Of a stretch of 38,634 bases of DNA, positions 27,187 through 36,522 are shown piece by piece. Source of the DNA: Sphingomonadaceae bacterium (GTDB lineage Bacteria; Chloroflexota; UBA6077); the NCBI GenBank assembly GCA_050261575.1, contig JBLNDL010000046.1, forward strand, positions 1 through 38,634. Direction: 5' to 3'. Positions within the stretch are counted from its first letter, which is position 1; the number at the start of each line of letters is the position of its first letter. Both the position numbers and the translations under genes were made by a program. Under the pieces are notes generated by a model, which did no database searches, was not told the origin of the DNA, and was given only the letters and a program-made list of their open reading frames with translations.

Positions 27187-29418
27187 CTACCGCAGCGCGA
27201 TTTCGCGAATATGAACGTTCGCCGTCTCCCCTGCCTGCAGGTTTCTCACCTCCAGACGGACCCCTACCACGGCCTCTGGTGCCTGCTCGAGGGCCATCTC
27301 CACGTGTGGGTCGGGCGGCAGGCCGCGGTAGGTCTCCGAGTGGTCGACCGGCTCCCCGCCTCCAACGGGATAAAGCCTCGCGGTCAGAACGAAGTCCATC
27401 GATCCAAAGTCCCCGGCCAGCCCCGTCACACGCCTGGGTTCCGGGAAAAGGATCTCCAACACGAAGGGATTGGCCTCCATGCCCCGAGCCAGGGTGTGGC
27501 GATCGCCATCGAACATGTCCTTCAACTGTCCGGCGTCCAGGCGCGAGTGGTGCACGATCGTCGAAGTGCCGCCGATGGTGATCCGTCCCTCCACCAGCCT
27601 GCGACGAGCCTCCCTCTCGGCGGCCAGGATCGCTTCCACGTTCTCGGCGTAGGTTAACCTCGCAAAGTAGAATCCAGGGTTTCCATCCGGATAGGGCAGG
27701 ATCCAGTCGACGTCGATGGTGGCGAACTTGCCGCTCTCTAGCGCGCGAGCATACTCCGCCGGGGTCATCACGAGCAGCACCTGAGGCGAGAGGTCCCGCT
27801 TCTCACTCATGTAGTGATCCACGTTCCTCATGTGCACCCGCCGCCTCTGGTCGCCCGACAGAAAGAAGCCCGGGAAGTTGTCGGTGCCGTTGGCCCACGT
27901 GGGGGAGACCATCACCTGGAGTTCGGGTTCCTGCGCCAGGTACCGCGGAATCGCCTGCTCGAAGAGCTGTCTGGCGCCGTACTGCATCCCGTAGAGCCCG
28001 TAGTCGCGGAACCAGCGGGGACCTTCCACTACCGCATCTCTCAGCATCCAGAGACCAGCGAGCGATAGGGCAGCGAGGAGCGAGAGCGCCAACGTCTGGT
28101 GGGGCAGCTTCCCCGACACTCGCCTCGACAGCAGCTCCAGACCCAGCACAGACAGCACGCACGCCGGCACCACGAACGCCAGAACCCTGGTGATACCCAC
28201 CCCAACCAGCGCCGCCGACACCGGGGCGGCCATCGCCGCCAGCAAGACTGCACGGTGCTCGGAGTCGCGCCACCGCCAGACACACAGTCCGACCCCAACG
28301 AGGAATAGCGGCAACGTCTCCGTTCGCAGGTGACCGTATCCACGCATCAGATGCCGGCTCAGGTCGTGGTCGTTGGGGAAGAACCAGTATTGTGGGCTGA
28401 GGCCGTAAAGGTAGAGCTGCGCGAACCGACCCAGCTTGTCCTGCACCGGCATCGACCGAAACCAGTAGGAGTCGATGGTGCGAAGGTGCTCCTGCATCGC
28501 CACGGGGTGGCTCCCCTGGAAGGAGATCAGAGGCAGAGCCAGCACTCCGGCCAGCAGGGCACCGGCGAGCGTGACGCGCCAGTGGCTCAGGTGGTATCGC
28601 AGGTCGGACAAGAAGAACAGCCCGGCCGAGGCGACGACGATGCCCTGGCCGTTCGAATAGGTGTAGAAGGCGGCAGCACCCGCAACGACGGCAGGAAAGA
28701 GGTAGCGTGGCGAACGCGTCCTGTACAGGAGGTAGAAGAGCAGGAACCAGGCGAAGAGGGAGGCCATAATCACGGTCTCGAAGGCGGTACGAGAGTGGAG
28801 GAACCAGGCGGGTGTGATGGCTACGACGAGAACGCTAGTCCACCAGTACCGGGCTCGGAAAACCAGCCTCAGGATGAGTCCGACCGCGACGGCACCCAGC
28901 AGACTCACCATGGCCGAAGTGGCGCGGGTCACCAGGACGGTCTTGCCGAAGAGAGCTACACTGACGACGTGCGCGTACACGGACAGCACCGGCGTCCATC
29001 GCTGCCCCGCAGCCTCGAAGTAGATCGGAAGGAAGTTGCCTTGCGAGTCGCGCAATCCCCTGCCGATCAGGCGCTCCGCCTGAAGAGGATGGAAGGCCTC
29101 GTCGGTGAAGAAGTAGATGGGGAACTCCTCGAGGCCCCACAAACGCGTAACCGCGTACACCAGAAGAGAGGCCCCGAACAGCGGCCATTCCAGAGACCGC
29201 ACCGCGGCCAGTCGTCGCCGTGCGACGCGTAGCCAGTGCCAGATCGAGCCCATACCGATCGGTGCGATGCGTCGGAACACAGGGGCGACATGGCCCGAGT
29301 CGAAGGTGGGCGCAGCCCACTCCGCCAGCCTGGTGCCGCACCAATTGCAGAACCGGCTCTGCGGCGGGTTTCCCCACCCGCACTGCAGACAGCGCACCTG
29401 GCCAGAACCAGTCGCCAT
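27187..29418 (-). CDS. ArnT/PMT-like GT-C with an N-terminal zinc ribbon and a C-terminal beta-sandwich (discoidin/CBM-like) domain
   Basis: CLQCG...FCNWCG at the N-terminus; FFTDEA first-loop motif; PAWFLHSRTAFE; many transmembrane segments; C-terminal MFDGDRHT...LEILFPEPRRVTGL. SD GGGGAGG. Confidence 0.8.
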   Translation of the reverse strand: MATGSGQVRCLQCGWGNPPQSRFCNWCGTRLAEWAAPTFDSGHVAPVFRRIAPIGMGSIWHWLRVARRRLAAVRSLEWPLFGASLLVYAVTRLWGLEEFPIYFFTDEAFHPLQAERLIGRGLRDSQGNFLPIYFEAAGQRWTPVLSVYAHVVSVALFGKTVLVTRATSAMVSLLGAVAVGLILRLVFRARYWWTSVLVVAITPAWFLHSRTAFETVIMASLFAWFLLFYLLYRTRSPRYLFPAVVAGAAAFYTYSNGQGIVVASAGLFFLSDLRYHLSHWRVTLAGALLAGVLALPLISFQGSHPVAMQEHLRTIDSYWFRSMPVQDKLGRFAQLYLYGLSPQYWFFPNDHDLSRHLMRGYGHLRTETLPLFLVGVGLCVWRWRDSEHRAVLLAAMAAPVSAALVGVGITRVLAFVVPACVLSVLGLELLSRRVSGKLPHQTLALSLLAALSLAGLWMLRDAVVEGPRWFRDYGLYGMQYGARQLFEQAIPRYLAQEPELQVMVSPTWANGTDNFPGFFLSGDQRRRVHMRNVDHYMSEKRDLSPQVLLVMTPAEYARALESGKFATIDVDWILPYPDGNPGFYFARLTYAENVEAILAAEREARRRLVEGRITIGGTSTIVHHSRLDAGQLKDMFDGDRHTLARGMEANPFVLEILFPEPRRVTGLAGDFGSMDFVLTARLYPVGGGEPVDHSETYRGLPPDPHVEMALEQAPEAVVGVRLEVRNLQAGETANVHIREIALR

Positions 29419-29493
29419 GCCAGTCGCCTCCCCATGGGGATCGCTGCCGGAAACGGGGCCATCGCTGCCGATTGGTGCCCGCCGTGGCTCACG

Positions 29494-29502
29494 TGCTACA
29501 CT
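29494..29502 (+). promoter_or_regulatory. Possible extended -10 promoter for the GT4 gene
   Basis: TG-C-TACACT, 56 nt upstream of the ATG at 29559. Confidence 0.4.
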
Positions 29503-29558
29503 GCTCTGTGCCGGGTATTGCGAGTCTATCTCTCGTTGAGTTGTGCTGGGTGCCGCCG

Positions 29559-30722
29559 ATGAAGATCTTGATGGTTGTTACCTATTATAGCCCCCACGTA
29601 AGTGGTTTGACCATCTACGTCGAGCGAATCGGGCGAGAGCTAGCTCGCAGGGGCCACCGGGTGACCGTGCTGGCCTCTCAACACCTGCCTCACCTGCCTC
29701 TGGAAGAGGAGAAAGAGGGGATATCCATCGTCCGGCTCCCCGTCCTGCTGAAGATCAGCAAGGGCGTCATCATGCCCACCATTCCGTTCGAGGTCTTCCG
29801 GCTGCTCCGCCGCCACGATGCAGTCCACATGCACCTGCCGCTGATGGAGTCCAGCTACATCGCCTTGCTGGCCCGCAGGCTCGGGCGACCCAGCATCATC
29901 ACCTACCACTGCGACCTGCGGCTGCCCCGCTCTCCCCTCGCCAGTGCCATCGTCAAGATCCTCACTTTCTCCCACTGGCTGGCGGCCAAACAGGCCGACG
30001 TTCTGGTCACCTACACCAGAGACTATGCGGAGCACTCTACCTTCCTGTCGCAGTTCAGGGACAAGGTGGCCACGGTCTATCCCCCCATAGCGATCGATCC
30101 TCCCGACCCCGAGGCCACAGCCCGTTGGCGAAGAGACCTCGGATTGGAGGGCGCGCGCGTAGTAGGCTTTGCCGGGAGGTTCTCTGAGGAGAAGGGGGGG
30201 AACTACCTGCTAGACTCCATACCTCGGGTTCTGGCTGAGATTCCGAACACCAAGTACGTCTTCGCAGGCGAGTACAAGAAGGTGATCGGAGAAGACTTCT
30301 ACTCCAAGGTGCGCACGCTGGTCGAGCGGCACCGCGACCATATTCTCTTCTTGGGGGAGCTTCACGGGCAGCAACTGTCCAACTTCTACAGCATGTGCGA
30401 CGTGCTGACCCTGCCCAGCGTCAACTCGACGGAGTCGTTCGGCATGGTGCAGGTGGAGGCGATGCGATGCGGGACTCCCGTCGTCGCGTCGAACATCCCA
30501 GGGGTGCGGGAGCCGACGACGGTCAGCGGCATGGGGTTGGTGGTTCCCCCGAGGGATGCAGCCGCGTTAGCTGGAGGGCTGATCGAGGTGCTGCGGAACC
30601 GCGACCGGTACACAACACCCAGGATCGACCTGGCTTCCGCCTTCAGCGTCGCCCAGACGGTCGACCTTTACGAGAAGCTGTATGCAGGCGGCGTCCAGGA
30701 CTCGCCACTCAGCCCCAACTGA
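29559..30722 (+). CDS. GT4 (GT-B) glycosyltransferase
   Basis: MKILMV..YY.PHVSG, GFAGRFSEEKG, LPSVNSTESFGMVQVEAMRCGTPVVASNIPG. Confidence 0.92.
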   Translation: MKILMVVTYYSPHVSGLTIYVERIGRELARRGHRVTVLASQHLPHLPLEEEKEGISIVRLPVLLKISKGVIMPTIPFEVFRLLRRHDAVHMHLPLMESSYIALLARRLGRPSIITYHCDLRLPRSPLASAIVKILTFSHWLAAKQADVLVTYTRDYAEHSTFLSQFRDKVATVYPPIAIDPPDPEATARWRRDLGLEGARVVGFAGRFSEEKGGNYLLDSIPRVLAEIPNTKYVFAGEYKKVIGEDFYSKVRTLVERHRDHILFLGELHGQQLSNFYSMCDVLTLPSVNSTESFGMVQVEAMRCGTPVVASNIPGVREPTTVSGMGLVVPPRDAAALAGGLIEVLRNRDRYTTPRIDLASAFSVAQTVDLYEKLYAGGVQDSPLSPN

Positions 30723-32526
30723 GGGTCGGGTCCGGCAGGAGATCGTATAACTCCTGCTCTGTCATCTCCCTCGTCTTCCTGAAGACGATCACCTTCGGGT
30801 GATCGTAGACGGTGAAGCTCTCGTCGGCCGTGTCGTCCGCCACGGTAAACGGCCCGATCCCCGGGTACGACGTGAAGGTCACCACCGGCTCGAACCCCAG
30901 CCCGCCACCGAACAGCAGGCCGTAGTACGCCGACGACATGGGGTATAGCTGCGGGGCCTTCGGGATCGAGCCATACAGCCGGTTGCTCGCCAGGATCAGG
31001 TAGTCCGCCCGCCGAAGCGCCCGCGCGAGGTCCCTCCGCTTGGCCGGAGTGTCCGGATCGTAGAGCGGGAGCGTCACCTCGCCGTAGTCGACGTAGGGGT
31101 TGGGATGCCCAGGCAATAGGAGTGGCAGCCGGTCGTCCCAGTGCTCCGTGGCGATGGTGGCCCCCAACGGCACGTTTTCGTAGAGCCACCTGCTCGCAAC
31201 CACCCTCGTGTGCTCACCCTGATAGATCCGCAGGAAGGCCACCGTCTGCAGGGCCGTCCCCACGACCACCACGGCCAGCAGCAGACGGGCCAGACCCGCC
31301 CGCCCACGACGGAACCCGCCCGGTTGGGCCATGGCCGCCACCAGTGGAGCCGCGGCCAGGACGGCCAGACCCGGCAGCACGGGGAGCATGTAGCGCTGGA
31401 ACTTCACCTGGAAGCTGAAGGTGATGACCATGTAGGGGATCAGCCACGCCGCCAGCACCCACTCGGCGGGCCGCCGGCCTCGCATCAGGCGGACGGCGAA
31501 CAGGGCCAAGCCGCCGATCATGGCGGTGACAAGCGCGGGACCAGCCCCCCAGAAGAAGAGGGTCCCCACCTGATACACTACGGGCACCGTGCCGAGGTAC
31601 TGCACCGTGTAGGGCAGCAGCATCTGCCCCCTCACCATGGCGCTCTCGAACCCGATGTCCCGGAGAAACGGGGCGGGATCCAGCAAGACGTACGGGTGGA
31701 ACAGGAAGAAGACGGCGCCCGCCACCGGCAGGGCGATCAGCAGCGAGCGCAACACCTTCGCCGCCCCCTCGATCCATGCCTCTCGGCCCCCATCTCCCCT
31801 CTCCGCGAGCAGAAAGGCGAGCGCGCAGGGAAGCAACACGGGCGCCGCTGACACCTTCGTGGAGATGGCCAGCCCGGCCACGAGCCCCGTGAGGACGATG
31901 CGACCGGGAGACGGCCTATCCACCACGGTGATCGCCAGGTAGACGCCGGCCATGAGGAAGAAGGTTAGGATCGTATCCACGGCGTAGAAGTGGGAAAGCT
32001 GGACGTGCAGCACCGTCGAGGACACCAGCAGGGAGGCCGCGAGGCCCGCCCCCACCCCATACAGCCGACGCCCCATCAGGAAGGTCAGCACCACCGTGCC
32101 CAGATCGAACAGGGCGGAGAGCACCCTTCCCAGAAGAGCCAATCCAACCAGCGTGTCGGCCTCGGGCCAGAACCCCGCGGCCACGCGTCCCGCGATCCTC
32201 AGCAGGAAAAGCGGAAGGCTGCCGTAGGCGAAGCGCCGGGCCTCACCGGTCTGGGGATCCTCAGATCGGGGATTCAACGTGCTGAGTCGTGGGTCGCCCA
32301 AGTGGGCATCCTGGAGGTTGGGGAAGGGAAGGCTGATGCGCTCCTGCGCTACCATCGCGACGTGGCGCTCGTCGGGGTGCAGCAGTTGGCCGTCATCCCA
32401 GTTCAGGTCGTGCAGCCGAAGGAAGGTGCCGACGCTCAGAACCGCCACGAGCGCGAGCAACACGAGGGCGGGGCATAACGGCTTCGATCCACCTACGAGA
32501 GAGTCACGAGAGAGCCTTTTGTTCAT
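30709..32526 (-). CDS. PMT/ArnT-like GT-C protein; stand-alone paralog of the N-half of the 1534-aa fusion
   Basis: LHPDERH, YGSLP, HVQLSHFYAVD, RYMLP, EHWDD, SNRLYGSIP, FTVYDHPKV; overlaps the GT4 gene tail-to-tail by 14 nt. Confidence 0.85.
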   Translation of the reverse strand: MNKRLSRDSLVGGSKPLCPALVLLALVAVLSVGTFLRLHDLNWDDGQLLHPDERHVAMVAQERISLPFPNLQDAHLGDPRLSTLNPRSEDPQTGEARRFAYGSLPLFLLRIAGRVAAGFWPEADTLVGLALLGRVLSALFDLGTVVLTFLMGRRLYGVGAGLAASLLVSSTVLHVQLSHFYAVDTILTFFLMAGVYLAITVVDRPSPGRIVLTGLVAGLAISTKVSAAPVLLPCALAFLLAERGDGGREAWIEGAAKVLRSLLIALPVAGAVFFLFHPYVLLDPAPFLRDIGFESAMVRGQMLLPYTVQYLGTVPVVYQVGTLFFWGAGPALVTAMIGGLALFAVRLMRGRRPAEWVLAAWLIPYMVITFSFQVKFQRYMLPVLPGLAVLAAAPLVAAMAQPGGFRRGRAGLARLLLAVVVVGTALQTVAFLRIYQGEHTRVVASRWLYENVPLGATIATEHWDDRLPLLLPGHPNPYVDYGEVTLPLYDPDTPAKRRDLARALRRADYLILASNRLYGSIPKAPQLYPMSSAYYGLLFGGGLGFEPVVTFTSYPGIGPFTVADDTADESFTVYDHPKVIVFRKTREMTEQELYDLLPDPTLSWG

Positions 32527-32532
32527 GCCGGT

Positions 32533-32541
32533 ATTCTAGCA
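32533..32541 (-). promoter_or_regulatory. Extended -10 promoter, probable leaderless start of the 605-aa GT-C gene
   Basis: Minus strand TG-C-TAGAAT-ACCGGC-ATG; no SD. Confidence 0.55.
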
Positions 32542-32606
32542 GGTCGAAGACCAACCCAGCGGAATGCGCCACCTCCCTCCGTCCAGCGTGGGAACGACGC
32601 CACCAC

Positions 32607-34613
32607 TCACTCCCTGCCCGGCACGAAGAAAACCAGAAACTCCTGGCCGGGAACCGCGGAGGGCTGGGCTCGGAGCTGCCCCTCGGCAAACCGCCGCCCC
32701 AACCTCCTGGCTGCCTCCGCGTCGTCCTTGTGCATTATGTAGAGCTTGTTCCCCTCTCCAGGGGTGTGGCGCTCGATCTCGTCTGCGTTCATGAGCACGT
32801 TGTTCCAGTCGGGCGCTCCCATGTTGAGGGCGACGTTCCTCGTGTCGACCCAGTGGGGCCACGATACTATGTAGCTCCTCTCCCTGGAGCCGACGCTGGA
32901 GGCGAAGCCGCTGATCACAGCGGCGATCTCGCTGGAGTTCCTGGCCGCCTGCCGATACTGCACGGCGTAATCGACGAAGTACCGGCTGTAGTTGACCTGT
33001 GCCGTCGCTACCAACAGCGCGATCACGGCGCCCGCCACGATCGCCCGCCCTCCAGATGTCGGGGCAGCCTCCAGAATGCGCCTCCCCACCAAGTAGACGG
33101 GCACTGCGGACAGCAGCGCGGCCACGAACGTGTTCGCTCCCGTTCTGACCACGCTGGGGTTCTCTCCGGGGAATCGAAAGCTCAGCACCGACGGTAGCAT
33201 GAAGACCACAAACGCTAGCAGCAGGTATCGGGCAACCGGCTCTCGCCCGGTAATTGCGCCGTGCAGCATCCACGCCACTCCCAGCACGAACAGTCCCCCG
33301 CTCAAGAAGTCCAGCGCCGGGTCGCCTGGAATGGTATTCACCCAGACAGTATCGCCTCTCAGATTGAACATCATGAAGCCATTGAACACGTTCCTCAGGA
33401 ACACCTCGACCAGCCCCGACTGGGAGGGTGCATCCGAAATGACGAACCGACTGACAGCGCGAAACCAGAACGATTGCGGCTGTTCGAGCATGTAGCGGGC
33501 GAGGGGCAAGAACACCACGAGTACCGCGCCGAACAAGGCTGCCGCGCTCGTGGCGGCCTTCACGGTTGCCTCCCTCCCCTCACGCACGGCACGGGACAGC
33601 CGCGGGACCAGCGCGGCCACGATCACGAGAAGCATAGCCCTGTACGGGCTGTATCCGTACAGTCCGGTCCCGGTGACGAGTCCGCACAGCAGATAGTCGT
33701 TCCTGTCTCCCCTGCGAAGGGCTCGGAGCAGGAAGTAGAAGGACAGCGCTGCGAAGAAGGGGTTGAAGGGGAAACGGAGGCCCACACGCCCGATGGCCAC
33801 GTCCCAGCCGGATACAGCGAGCAGGAATGCCGCGAGCAGGCCGTACCGGGTGCCGGCCATCTCCTTGCCGATCAAGTAAACGACCGGAACCGTCCCCAGG
33901 CTGACCGTAGCCGTGACCAGCTTCAGCGCCACGAAGCCGAGCCCCAAGGTCTGAGCGATAGGCGCAGCCAGATAGAACTGCAGAGGCTCCCGTCCCGTGT
34001 TCCGCGGGAAGAAGATTCGGTGCTCCCCCCGTAATACGTCCCGCACGTCCAGGAGCTTCTCTGCATGGTCGGAGGTCATTTCCGCAGGCACGATCCAGAG
34101 CTGGTGGTACCGGAAGAAGGCCGCCACGGCGAGGACGAGGAGGAGGGCCACCGCGGACCAGGACAGCCGCGGCATCTTCCGGTCGAGAGCCTCGACTTGG
34201 GCCATCGACGGAAGCTGCATCGCCAGGCCCCGCTCCCACAGCGCCAGCACGTACGCAGCCACGGCCAGCATCCAGAACAGGACCGTCTCGGCCCTGAAGC
34301 TGTTCCCCCCGGAGAAGGCGAAGGCGAGAGCGGAGCTGGCGGCGGCGATTCCCAGCCAGCCTCTTCTGACTGCGGGGGGGCGGCCGGCGCGTGCTGCGCT
34401 CTGTGTCGCGCCTACGGAGACCTGCTTCGCAATCGATGTCCCCGGCACCACCTGGTGCAGGAACAGCGTTCCCGCCACAACGAACAGGACGATGCCATCC
34501 AGGATCGCTCGCTCCGCGTGGAGCGCCCACTGCCCCCAAATGGCCAGAGGCACGCAGAGGGAGCCGAGGAGCACGCCTCGCGCAGACCGGCTCGCCGCGA
34601 TCGAAGCCCGCAT
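32607..34613 (-). CDS. ArnT/PMT-like GT-C membrane glycosyltransferase
   Basis: FFRYHQL..VPAEMTSDHAEK, FFPRNTGREP, GRVGLRF, GLYGYSPYR, ENPSVVR; many transmembrane helices; SD GGAGG. Confidence 0.8.
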   Translation of the reverse strand: MRASIAASRSARGVLLGSLCVPLAIWGQWALHAERAILDGIVLFVVAGTLFLHQVVPGTSIAKQVSVGATQSAARAGRPPAVRRGWLGIAAASSALAFAFSGGNSFRAETVLFWMLAVAAYVLALWERGLAMQLPSMAQVEALDRKMPRLSWSAVALLLVLAVAAFFRYHQLWIVPAEMTSDHAEKLLDVRDVLRGEHRIFFPRNTGREPLQFYLAAPIAQTLGLGFVALKLVTATVSLGTVPVVYLIGKEMAGTRYGLLAAFLLAVSGWDVAIGRVGLRFPFNPFFAALSFYFLLRALRRGDRNDYLLCGLVTGTGLYGYSPYRAMLLVIVAALVPRLSRAVREGREATVKAATSAAALFGAVLVVFLPLARYMLEQPQSFWFRAVSRFVISDAPSQSGLVEVFLRNVFNGFMMFNLRGDTVWVNTIPGDPALDFLSGGLFVLGVAWMLHGAITGREPVARYLLLAFVVFMLPSVLSFRFPGENPSVVRTGANTFVAALLSAVPVYLVGRRILEAAPTSGGRAIVAGAVIALLVATAQVNYSRYFVDYAVQYRQAARNSSEIAAVISGFASSVGSRERSYIVSWPHWVDTRNVALNMGAPDWNNVLMNADEIERHTPGEGNKLYIMHKDDAEAARRLGRRFAEGQLRAQPSAVPGQEFLVFFVPGRE

Positions 34614-35040
34614 CGGCTCGCGTACCTCCAGGTCTTCGCTTAAGCTATACTATACTTCGAGCTGATTGTACTTACAGGAAGAAGGCACGGTCAACCAGCG
34701 GCAGCGGCTCGATCCGATCGCGGCACCCGACTGAGCAGTCCATCCGCCGGCGAGCCGGCAGCGCACGCCGTTGCCACCCTGAGCGCATCGTCAATCATGT
34801 CGAGAGCATCACCAGTCATCCCTGGCGTCAGCGAAGGCTGCCCAGCCGGAAGATGGGTGCGCGGGCTCCCGACGAGGAGACGCCTCGCCCCGCCCAGCGT
34901 GATAGTCGTACTGAAGCTGCCTGATGCGCCTTCCGGGGGGCAACGACCTCGCACCGGAGCTCGAAGCGCTTTGCTGGACGCCGGTCATCGTTGTACACTG
35001 GCTGCCGCACAGTGGCTCCGGACAGGATGGGAGGCGGAAG

Positions 35041-36081
35041 ATGGCGAGCGAGAAGAGCCGCGGCTTGGTCCTGGTCACCGGTGGCGCCGGCTTCATAGGC
35101 TGCAACCTGGTCGCCAGCTACCTCTCGATGGGCCGGCCTGTGCGCGTCTTCGACGATCTCTCCAGGCCTGGCTCGGAGAGGAACCTCGCCTGGCTGGAAT
35201 CTATCGGCTCGCGACGGCTGGAGATCGCCATCGGCGATGTGCGTGACTGGGATGAGACTCGACGGGTCGCCTCCGACGCCGATCTGATCTTCCACCTCGC
35301 CTCTCAGGTCGCCGTCACCACATCCGTCGCCAACCCGCGCCACGACTTCGAAGTCAACGCCATCGGCACCATCAACGTCCTGGAGGCCGCCAGGACGTCT
35401 GGCCGCTGTCCCATCGTCGTCGTCTCCTCCACCAACAAGGTATACGGCGGAATGGAGGGGGCAGGGGTGGAAATGGGGCCAGATGGGTACCGCTACCGAA
35501 ATCTGCCCCACGGTGTTCCCGAGGACTGGCCGCTGGACTTCCACTCCCCCTACGGCTGTTCCAAGGGAGCGGCCGACCAGTACACCAGGGACTACGCTCG
35601 CATCTACGGACTCCCCACGGTGGTGTTCCGCCAGTCCTGCATCTACGGCCCTCACCAGTTCGGCAACGAGGATCAGGGATGGGTCGCCCACTTCGCCCTG
35701 TCCGCCCTCGAGGGAAAGCCCATCACCATCTTCGGTGATGGCTACCAGGTGAGGGATGTCCTGCACGTGGACGACCTCGTGGCGGCCTACCATCTGGCAA
35801 CTGCGAACATCGCGAGGGCGAGCGGCAAGGTATACAACATCGGAGGAGGCCCGGCCAACGCCATCTCCCTTCGCTGGCTGATCCGCTTGCTCGGCGAGGA
35901 GCTGCGCAGGCCGATCGAAGTCACCTTCGCCGATTGGCGCCCAGGGGACCAAAGGGTTTACGTCAGCGACATCCGCAACGCGAGCTCGGACCTGGGCTGG
36001 AGGCCGCGGATGGATGCAAGGCGAGGGGTCGCGAGCCTCGTTACCTGGCTGCGAAACCACGTCCACACCCACCCTCACTGA
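35041..36081 (+). CDS. NAD-dependent sugar epimerase, CDP-paratose/tyvelose 2-epimerase (RfbE)-like
   Basis: VTGGAGFIG, ASQVAVTTS, SSTNKVYG, PLDFHSPYGCSKG, FRQSCIYG..QFG.EDQGWV, GYQVRDVLH. ATG at 35041 with SD GGGAGG. Confidence 0.88.
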   Translation: MASEKSRGLVLVTGGAGFIGCNLVASYLSMGRPVRVFDDLSRPGSERNLAWLESIGSRRLEIAIGDVRDWDETRRVASDADLIFHLASQVAVTTSVANPRHDFEVNAIGTINVLEAARTSGRCPIVVVSSTNKVYGGMEGAGVEMGPDGYRYRNLPHGVPEDWPLDFHSPYGCSKGAADQYTRDYARIYGLPTVVFRQSCIYGPHQFGNEDQGWVAHFALSALEGKPITIFGDGYQVRDVLHVDDLVAAYHLATANIARASGKVYNIGGGPANAISLRWLIRLLGEELRRPIEVTFADWRPGDQRVYVSDIRNASSDLGWRPRMDARRGVASLVTWLRNHVHTHPH

Positions 36082-36094
36082 GATTCCCCTCGCG

Positions 36095-36124
36095 TTGACC
36101 GATGTCCACGTTCTCGGCTATCAT
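36095..36124 (+). promoter_or_regulatory. Sigma70-type promoter
   Basis: TTGACC, 18-nt spacer, TATCAT. Confidence 0.5.
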
Positions 36125-36198
36125 CGCTCGCAGACGCGCCACTTTCTTGAGGAGATCGTCGGATCGCCGCATCCGACCGAGATGACGAGAGGGGAATC

Positions 36199-36522
36199 AT
36201 GGACGACCTTCATTACGACCGCATCTGCCGCACGAACCGGTCGGAGGCCTATCTCATCAGCCAGGGCGAAGAGCCCATCGCTCGGGTCGACCTGCACTTC
36301 ACCCAGTCCGTGGTGTACGGACTCCTTATCATCGAGAAGGAGTTGGAGGAGCATCAGATCACCGAACTGATCGGCAGGATCGACGACGATCTGGTGTGGA
36401 GCGCCGATCTCCCGCGGGAGGACTTCGTCGTCTCGGTGTATCAGGGGCGCGAGTTGGGCATGTACAGCGATCCCGACCTTCAGGAGGAAGAGGGAAACGA
36501 GGAGGCAGAAGAACACATCTAA
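36199..36522 (+). CDS. Hypothetical 107-aa acidic protein
   Basis: SD GAGGGG, its own promoter, and a globular alpha/beta-like sequence (R.CRT..SEAY...RVDLHFT...REDFVVSVYQG); no family recognised with certainty. Confidence 0.8.
   Translation: MDDLHYDRICRTNRSEAYLISQGEEPIARVDLHFTQSVVYGLLIIEKELEEHQITELIGRIDDDLVWSADLPREDFVVSVYQGRELGMYSDPDLQEEEGNEEAEEHI

Noticed and set aside
29220..29558. Extended N-terminus of the GT4 ORF
   Set aside because: It overlaps the divergent gene; the GT4 fold starts at MKILMV (29559).
30709..30722. 14-nt tail-to-tail overlap of the GT4 and GT-C genes
   Set aside because: Short convergent overlaps are common in GC-rich genomes.
34691..34954. 87-aa minus-strand ORF in the 427-bp divergent intergenic region
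   Set aside because: No SD, no recognisable motif and no convincing RNA structure; cannot be supported, though not excluded.
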